DNA of 64,000 bases from the NCBI GenBank assembly GCA_964016885.1, contig OZ024750.1, positions 2,976,001 to 3,040,000 on the forward strand, written 5' to 3'. The position numbers and the translations under genes are program-made. Within the stretch, counting starts at the first letter, position 1; each line of letters begins with the position of its first letter. The notes beneath the pieces are model-generated. The model searched no databases. It saw nothing but the letters and a program-made list of their open reading frames with translations, and was not told the origin of the DNA. This DNA is from Eledone cirrhosa (taxonomy: Eukaryota). Shown here one piece after another: positions 55,454-64,000 of the stretch.

Positions 55454-57300
55454 ACTATCTTTTTTTAGTACCCATGAAACAAAAAAGCAACAAAGCTTGT
55501 CAATAGTCTTCTGACCAAAAATGCAAAGTAGACTTCAGATTTTAGCTAAGAATCTTTCCTGTAGTTGTCTTACTAAATGATATGGCATGTGTGATTCTAT
55601 ATAATGGCACAAAGCCAAACTACATTGCATCCAAGATAAATTGTATAGAATATTGAAAATGAAAGTTTTCATTAGTGATTTATCTTGAAAATTCTGTAAT
55701 TCTACCGAAATAAATAAGGCAAGAAGAAAGTTAAAATTATAATTTTGAAAGTATTCACTTTAATGAACCAATCTTCCTCTCATAAAATGAGTTATTTCCC
55801 CGTTAAAAAGAAATAAAAGAAATTTGTTTTTTTCTTTTTGTAAGATATATTGCAATATCAAATAATCTTCAAGTTGTAGCTAACAAATTTTACATTTACA
55901 TCTGATAAAAATCATTTATATCAAATCAAACACCATTAGTAGCTTCATTACAATCAGTTGTGTATTTTTTAAGTTCTTTTTATTATTATTCAAAGAAATA
56001 CACGACCATTTCATTACAACTCTACATCATTAGAAATCCTGCTAAATCTACAGATCATCAATAAAACATGAAACACCTTATTAAAGACCTACTATTCTTA
56101 CAGATAAATTTCAGATACTTATTTCACTGAAGTAGTTTATCTTAGTACCAAAACCTTGGCTTTGGTTGATTTTTTTTTTATGTTACTAAAAGCCAACAGT
56201 GTTAGCACATGTTGTCAGAAGTGTGATATTTTGTTTCAGATACTTCTCATTCTATATTTGTTCTGTGATGCTTTGCTTGGGATTTTACTGAAGCATGTCT
56301 GCACTTGTTTATACCTGATAAATGAACAGTCAGTTGGCATAATATTCACAATGAAATGACATAATTCTGAGTGGCTGGATAATTCAACTATAAGGTGCTT
56401 GTGAAACGATACCCCCACTCTCTCTCTCCCAGTAACATATATCAAAGACTCTTTCATCAAGCCCCCCTACTAAAGAAAATTTCCGGTACTTTCATAAAAC
56501 ATGTTGAGATCACTGCAGGATGATGTGAAAGGTCTTAGAAAGTATGTAAGCTCTATCTCGCTTCAAACAAAACTCAGTGTATGATCTACATTAAATGAAG
56601 AGATAAATATTTTATGCAGAAAAAAAAACAAAGAGTCAGATATTATAACAAGTTTTAAATGAAAAATATGCATACTGCTCAAATTCATTACAATGTAGAT
56701 TATATTATTAGATTAATAAGTAAAATTTTCAATATATATTAAATGCTAAGAGATACAATAAATATAATTACTGCAACCTTGTTATATTAAATAAAACCCA
56801 TGACTCTTTCCTGTCAACAATGTTTTACCTTCACCTTAAAATAACATCTATCATTTGTCTTATCAAGTACATGTGTGTGTTGATGTTCTCTCTCTCTTTC
56901 ACTCACTGCCTCTGTCTCTCTCACTCTCCCCATCTCTCACTATTATATGTAAATGGAAGCCCACGCACTGGCCACCCCATGGTCGCGACAGACAGAATAG
57001 CGAAGGTATTTCCCCGGAGGATGGCGAGGGAGGAGGCGTATTGGAAGAGCCATTCCATTAAATATTTTAAACTACAGAATGAACATACTTATAAAAAATA
57101 AATATCAAAATTTGTCAAGATAAATCAAGTATAAAACAAAATATCAAATTTATTTTCTGTAGGTATAAATGATTTGATAAGAAAGTTTAAACTAGTTATC
57201 GAAAGAAAACTATTTTAATCTTCACTTCGTTTCTGTTAGTTTGTTGTAGCTGGAATTTTTGATGTCAACACTGAAAGACATTTACATTCTCTTCAGCCAC

Positions 57301-57574
57301 TGGGGCCGGATTTAATGGGGGACAAAGGGCACCACCAGAGATGGCTGTAGCAATTTATTTGTGCCCTCAGCTGGGCTTTTTAGTTTTAGTGGGGTTAGAA
57401 TTTTTGAATGTAATGCCTGTATGTATAACTTTTCAATTCCAATTACTTGCGCCAACCTAACTTTGATATGTAAAATTGGGGTGGAGTTTGCTGTGTATTT
57501 TAAATTTTTTGTGTATGAGGGGCCTCCACAAAACTGAAGTACCCCGGGTCCCCCGAGGTTTAAATCCAACCCTG
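57301..57574. mobile_element. hAT-type MITE
   Basis: Imperfect TIRs tggggccggattta / taaatccaaccctg; 8-bp TSD-like tcagccac / ctagccac; partial second copy at ~51130-51265. Confidence 0.7.
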
Positions 57575-58495
57575 CTAGCCACTGTTTTCTGTCTTTTCAG
57601 GTATTTTTACCTGACACTGTTATTAATGGCACTTGGCTGTTTCAACAATTATCCCTGCATTCAGTTTTCTCATTCTTCTATGAATTCAAATATGGCAGAG
57701 TGTTTTGTCTGTCACTCTAACAATTCTGCCATAAGAAAAATTTCTAAAGATTTTCAATGAGTACTTCCTTGATTTCTTTGGAATTAATAATAAAGATGTC
57801 AAAAACTTCATTCTCATAGTGCCATAGTTGGAGACATCTGTTGACTACAAATTGTTTTTAATGTGTATTTAGTAAGTTGACACTAGTGATTAACTGCCTT
57901 CTCGGCACCTGATAACCAGTATAATTGTGCACTTATCATCTGTAAGAATGACACCAAGTGGATTAAAGAGAAGATGTTCATCTTGGAATATTTCCAGAAG
58001 TGTCTGATTTCATCTTCCAACTGATCCCCCCCCCCCCCCCCCACACACACACCTGTAACTACTGCTGTTGTTGATGTTCCATTTTCTCAGTAAACCAAAC
58101 ACTGTAACTGGACTAACTAATTAACTCTCAAGTCAAACTCGCTAAATTTCAAGATCAAAAAGATATTGCAGAAACCTATTTCCTTATCTCAGATTACACT
58201 TATTCTTCCATGCAAGAAAATGTTGTATGAGACAACAAATTAGGAGAATGGTATAAGTATTGAAACTAGTTGTGTTATAAATAACGCAAACATTTATATC
58301 ACATAGTAGGTTTGATAGCAACTTAGAAATAATTAGAATAATAAGTTTCAGTCTTGAAATTATGGTTTAGTAACTTCACTAAAGTTCACTCATTCATCAC
58401 TCTATCACTAATACAATTTACAAACACCCTCATTAGTTTAATGTCCATATATAAGGTAGAATGATGTACACACACACACACACACACACAGGGAT

Positions 58496-58559
<64 letters not shown>

Positions 58560-58581
58560 GTGAACATTATTTTAGAAACAA

Positions 58582-58769
58582 TGGGTGGTGGATTGGCAGT
58601 ATCGGTAGAGGGTCAGACGCCATGCTTTGCAACAAAGAGTTACGGCCCTTTACGATGAGTTCAAATCCCGCTGAGGTTAACTTTGCTTTTCATCCTTACG
58701 GGGTCGATAAAATAAAGTACCAGTAATACACTGGGTAATTGCTGGCCTTGTGCCAAAAGTAGAAACAAT
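58582..58769 (+). mobile_element. SINE family A, short subfamily, full length
   Basis: tggcagtatcgg A box and gagttcaaatcc B box; tagaaacaat repeated at both ends. Confidence 0.9.
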
Positions 58770-59409
58770 ATTTTTGAGGTGGCATTTCTATTTATACATG
58801 CATATATACATACATGCACACACACAAATACGCATTAGATATACATAGAAATAACCACACACAAACACTCATACCTGTATATACAAATACATGAACACAT
58901 ACACACATGCCTATATATAGAAATACATCAACACATACACACAAAGACACACATACACCCATATATACAACTGAACCCCAAACACAGATAAAATATTCAA
59001 GTTATTTTATGGGCAGCTGATCTGAAATATGTGATATAGATTCAAGGAATATGGAGAATAACATTGAAGCAGTCAACAAACAGTAGCATGAAAGAAATGG
59101 GAGTAAATATGATACCCCAACTCCTGTAATATAAGTCGAGAAATATGTGACCTCCCTCCCCCACCCCCAAAATATCTATGGTAGAAGAGGGGTCGGCTTA
59201 TATTTGGGGCCAGATTTTCACCAACTTCGAATTCTATGTAATTAAGGTTTAGATTTTTTCCCATTTCTCAGACATAAAATAGTGGGGTTGGCATATATTT
59301 GAGTATATATTGATGTACGATAAAGGGAATTTTGGTCCAAAATAATACGGAAATCCTGTTCTGTCAAATTAAAAACGGAAAGTGAAGTAAAATAATATGA
59401 GAGCTTTTC

Positions 59410-60180
59410 ATAATTGTTTCTACTTTAGGCACAAGGCCAGCAATTACCCAGTGCATTACTGGTACTTTATTTTATCGACCCCCGTAAGGATGAAAGGCAA
59501 AGTCAACCTCGGCGGGATTTGAACTCATCGTAAAGGGACGTAACTATGCTGGAAAGCATAGCGTCCGACCCTCTACCGATACTGCCAACCCACCACCCTA
59601 ACATGGTGTCCGACCCTCTACGGATACTGCCAATCCACCGCCCTAGCATGGTGTCCGACCCTCTACCGATACTGCCAACCCACCACCCTAACATGGTGTC
59701 CGACCCTCTACGGATACTGCCAATCCACCGCCCTAGCATGGCGTCCGACCTTCTACGGATACTGCCAATCCACCGCCCTAGCATGGCGTCCGACCCTCTA
59801 CCGATACTGCCAGCCCACCACCCTAACATGGTGTCCGACCCTCTACCGATACTGCCAATCCACCGCCCTAACATGGAGTCCGACCCTCTACCGATACTGC
59901 CAATCCACCGCCCTAGCATGGTGTCCGACCCTTTACGGATACTGCCAATCCACCGCCCTAACATGGCGTCCGACCCTCTACGGATACTGCCAATCCACCG
60001 CCCTAACATGGCGTCCGACCCTCTACGGATACTGCCAATCCACCGCCCTAGCATGGTGTCCGACCCTCTACGGATACTGCCAATCCACCGCCCTAGCATG
60101 GTGTCCGACCCTCTACGGATACTGCCAATCCACCGCCCTAACATGGCGTCCGACCCTCTACGGATACTGCCAATCCACCG
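59410..60180 (-). mobile_element. SINE family A short subfamily with 14 tandem 45-bp heads
   Basis: Array 59555-60180; no clear TSD. Confidence 0.9.
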
Positions 60181-60603
60181 ATCAAGTTTAGAGATAAAAG
60201 TTGATGAAAATATGGAAATTTTTATTTCTAATATTAACAGAAAATCAGATATTTTTAGGGTAGGTTCAGTCGAGTTCCTATATTTTTGTATTACTCTGCT
60301 ACTTATTTGATCAACTACAGAAGGAAGAAAGGCAGAGTTGGCCTCTGTGGGATTTGAACTGAAAATATGAGATGAAGTAACTAAATTCTCCAAGGTACTT
60401 AATCTAGCACTTTACCATTTTTGTTGCTTTTCCTGCCTTAAAAATGGAGCAATATTGTAAAAGAAATTTGGAAAAGAATGCAGAGCTAAGTCAATTGTCT
60501 TATATAAAACAAGGAATAAAAAAGTTACAGATAAAATAAAATTTTTATGCTTCAAAATAGTTCATTTATCAAAATTTAATAATTACAAAAAAATGTTATT
60601 TAC

Positions 60604-61017
60604 CTTCAGCTTGTCTTCTTGCTTTGAAAAATCTTCAAAGTCTCTTCCTGTCAGCTCCTGTGAGCTTAACTGTTGGTGAACAGCTGAAATACTCCGAAGA
60701 ATCTCCTTCAATTCATTTGTATATTGAGAAGAAGTTTTTGAGTTAAGAATGCTTTTTGAAAGATGGCTTGAGACAGCAGTTAGCGTAGTTTTCGTAATTG
60801 CTTTCTCTGAAGCAACTGCAGCAACTGTAGAAGTAGTATTTGCATCCAGAGTATGTCTGCATTGTAAACTCTGGGAACGAAGATCCTGCCATCGTCTGTT
60901 GAGTTTTAATAGCTCAGGTTCCACGATTTCTAAAGCTTCTTTACCCTTCAGTTCTTCACCACTTCTGTTTAAACTATCCACATCTCTCTGTCTTCTTCTC
61001 AGTTCTTCTTCGACTGC
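60604..61017 (-). CDS. DMD: Dystrophin internal coding exon (spectrin repeats ~R15 to R16 helix A; equivalent to human DMD exons 41+42)
   Basis: Acceptor ttactgtttttag|GCA and donor AAG|gtaaat; 414 nt, 138 codons, phase 0/0. Translation AVEEELRRRQRDVDSLNRSGEELKGKEALEIVEPELLKLNRRWQDL...QYTNELKEILRSISAVHQQLSSQELTGRDFEDFSKQEDKLK aligns by eye to human EIDRELQKKKEELNAVRRQAEGL..VEPTQIQLSKRWREI...YLTEITHVSQALLEVEQLLNAPDLCAKDFEDLFKQEESLK (recalled sequence). Confidence 0.93.
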
Positions 61018-61314
61018 CTAAAAACAGTAAGAAATAAAATTGTAAATATATAAGACATATATAGTCGCAAATAACTAAAAGATTAAGTCTGGATTACTAT
61101 GTTAAATAAACAGAACTTTTTCAAAGAATTCGAAAAGGAAAACAAACAAAAACAATCTATTTAAAATATAACAAATGAAATAAAAATCATTTTTAATCAG
61201 AGATATGTTAAAACTATATCCTGATATCCTGGAGGCAAAAGTTTCACATTTTCTCAAAGATAAAAATGTATGTGTGCATTTCTTTTAATCAAATGTTTTT
61301 ACAAGTGTTTCACA

Positions 61315-61422
61315 CCGTGTGTGTATTTGTGTGAGCGAGTGTGTGTGTATTTGTGTGAGCGAGTGTGTGTGTATTTGTGTGAGCGAGTGTGTGTGTATTT
61401 GTGTGAGCGAGTGTGTGTGTAT
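61315..61422. repeat. 24-bp tandem repeat, ~4 copies
   Basis: gtgtgtgtgtatttgtgtgagcga. Confidence 0.9.
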
Positions 61423-62864
61423 TTCTATATATCAAATCAAAAGAAGAGTTTTATTTAATAATGTCTTTAATTATTTCTTTATTATTAGTTGTTGTGGCAG
61501 TTTAACAAATATTTTCTATTTCTGTGAATTATTCATGTAAAACTGATGAGAGACAGAATATAAACTGTATCAGATTAAGTTTTGTTTATTCGATGCTACT
61601 AGTAACTATAGGTAACAGAGTAAAGTTGTTTCTTATATCTATAAATTGAAATAATTCTTTCATCTGTGTTTTGCAAAGGAAGCAACATCAATTACAGGTA
61701 TGTGTGTCAATTACAAAGCCTAAATCACATGATGACAATGTAATTGATGTTTCTCCCAGAATACACTGCAAATCTCCAATTAAGAATATATATATGATAC
61801 ATAGGGTTTAAGAAGTCCATTCCATAAACACATGGTTTTAAGTTCTGTCCTGCCAAGGGCAAATGTGTGTTCAGCTCTCGCCTCAGGTTGATCAATGCTT
61901 TCTCTTTGAAATGTGTTATAAACTTTACAGAAGTTCTTTGTTGTTGTCGACATCGCCATCACTGTTTTACATTTTATCATTATGTTATATATCGCTGATG
62001 TTTGCCAAACTACTAAGCAATAAAGACATTATTTATGCATGACATAAACAAGTCACAGCTTGCATTTAATATGGAGAGGCATGCAGCTTATCATACCCAT
62101 ATACATACATACAAACACACACACACAGGTGTGTGTGTGTGTGTGTGTGATTTATGGGAATGAGACATGGGTGATGAACATGGAGGAGTTGTAAAGATTA
62201 GAAAGAACAGAAAGAAGAATGGTCTGACAGATGAATGGAGAGAGAGAGAGAGAGAGAGAGATGAGAAATGATTGTTTCTCCATTAGGCAAACAGCCAACA
62301 ATTTGAGAGGAATGGGTAAGTAGATAAAATCGACCCCAGTGGTACTTAATTTTATCGACCCTGTAAAAAGAAACATTTCTAATTTTCCAAAAGAAAAAAA
62401 AGTCAACCAAGCAAAAACCTTGATTTCGGAAACTCTGAAAATTTTTATTCTTGGTTTATAGAGAATATTTTAATGTCTTTATTAATTATAAAATATGAAA
62501 TCAATTTAGTACTGTTTTACAAGTAAACCCTCATAAGGCTTTCGCAATTAAAGCTAAGCTCAATTAATTATATAAGTAAAAAGAATATGTAATATTAATG
62601 AATTAATAAATAAAAGTTATTCTTATTCAAAGAAATGGTGGAAAATAAAATCAAACAGTTTATTCATCATTAATTATATAATTTATTTAATTAATTGCAT
62701 TAAAGCCCATGTCACTGCTGATACACTATCTTTAATTATATAATTTATTTATATAATTTATAATATATGATCTTTTAATAATATGATCATGTGTAAAAAT
62801 GTAATGAAAAAATTGGTGAATTCAAATGAATTAGATTTCAGTTTTTCCTTAAAGATGGATCAAA

Positions 62865-63080
62865 TAATGGTTTCAGATTATGATACAAGACCAACAATTT
62901 TGGGGGAGGGGAAAGTCGATTAAATTGACCCCAGTTCGTTACTGGTACTTTATTTTATCAACCCTGTAAGGATGAAAGGCGAAGTTAACCTCGGTGGGAT
63001 TTGAACACAGAATGTAAAGGGACTTGACTCCATGTCACAAAGCATGTTCGACACTCTGCTGATTCTGCCAATCCACCGCC
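62865..63080 (-). mobile_element. SINE family A, long subfamily
   Basis: Full body, diverged. Confidence 0.85.
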
Positions 63081-63284
63081 ATTTGGAGAAATAATGAATA
63101 TTGTTACAATAATGTAAAAATGTCAGGAAAATGAACAGTACGAGTCATGATATAGACACAGACACATGCATGCGTGTGTATAGAGGGGGAGTATCAGGTG
63201 TAGTGTTGGTGAATTTCAGGAAGCATCAAAGTTTTGAAAGATGCAGTGTGCCAACAGTTTAATAACTGCATTGTTTCTATCCAG

Positions 63285-63368
63285 GGACTATGTTGAAAAA
63301 TAAACCTCATTTGGTCATTCCATGAGAGTATCTTGGTCAGCCTATGAGATTTTCAGTCGACCCTCATA
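63285..63368 (-). mobile_element. Tc1/mariner-type terminal fragment ending in TA
   Basis: Reverse complement of 39839-39920. Confidence 0.6.
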
Positions 63369-63449
63369 TGCTTTATAAGTTAGGCTACGAGGTATTTTTG
63401 GTACAGAGGTGCAAAATATAAAAGATAGAACATTATCTTTCTTTCTTAA

Positions 63450-63643
63450 CTATTTAGCAATTAAACCAGCCATATCCGGCTAGAATTCTCTCGCCTGGCT
63501 GTAACTAGCCACTCATGCCAACATTAAGGTATTATTCTCAAACTAAATAATATCAAAATCTCATATATTTGATATTATGTGAGGTAAAGCCTTTACTGCA
63601 CAAATAGAATAGTATATATAAAGTAAAGTAAAATGCTAAAGGG
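63450..63643 (+). mobile_element. piggyBac-type MITE, unexpanded ~194 bp
   Basis: TTAA|CTATTTAGCA...TGCTAAAGGG|TTAA. Confidence 0.85.
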
Positions 63644-63723
63644 TTAATCATAGACTTCTTTTTATCTTTAATCCTCTCAAAATATGAATTGTAAAAAATC
63701 ACACATTTCTGATTTAATTCCCA

Positions 63724-63763
<40 letters not shown>

Positions 63764-64000
63764 AAAGGAAATATAGTGTCAAATGAAAAATGTTTAAGAT
63801 GCTTTGAGCAATTGATGTATATTGTAAGAACATCACAAGAAAGATAAAAGTTTAACCCAATAGCATTAGTTATTGAAATATATTGAATTATGAGAGACAT
63901 AAAGGGAACATAAATACATTTCTCTAGATTTTCTGATCAAAATTAACTACAAAATTTCTTAGTTACTAAATACTTATATGTGTATACCAATATTATCAAA

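Noticed and set aside
58582-58680. tRNA gene
   Set aside because: A and B boxes are present but there is no cloverleaf; it continues into the SINE core and tail.
60749-61021. 90-aa plus-strand ORF
   Set aside because: It is the antisense shadow of the dystrophin exon.
61543-61575. CTGATGA followed by a stem (hammerhead-like)
   Set aside because: The GAAA box is missing.

Overview
AT-rich, microsatellite- and SINE-dense animal genomic DNA. The repeat landscape looks like an octopus or other coleoid cephalopod; this is recognition, not a database result. The whole window lies inside one minus-strand gene, dystrophin. Two coding exons are visible. 61017-60604 (414 nt, phase 0/0) matches human DMD exons 41+42 fused. 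10978-10806 (173 nt, phase 0/2) matches human exon 43 in length and phase. They are separated by a ~49.6 kb intron containing a 200-N gap. The intron holds an ~11 kb G-rich 31/32-bp minisatellite, which explains the three >3,500-aa pseudo-ORFs. It also holds tRNA-derived SINEs, RTE and CR1-type LINE relics, piggyBac, hAT and mariner MITE pieces, and Penelope-type minimal hammerhead motifs. The most notable observations are: (1) a SINE subfamily whose 45-nt A-box head is multimerised 10-14 times at three loci, with TSD evidence that the multimer predates or accompanies insertion; (2) a candidate ATG-bearing or micro exon at ~18.1-18.3 kb, in phase with the exon-43 equivalent, suggesting an internal dystrophin isoform; (3) a duplicated 5' splice site 72 nt past that exon; (4) a near-intact minimal hammerhead on the dystrophin sense strand. 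Almost all other ORFs in the track are translations of repeats.
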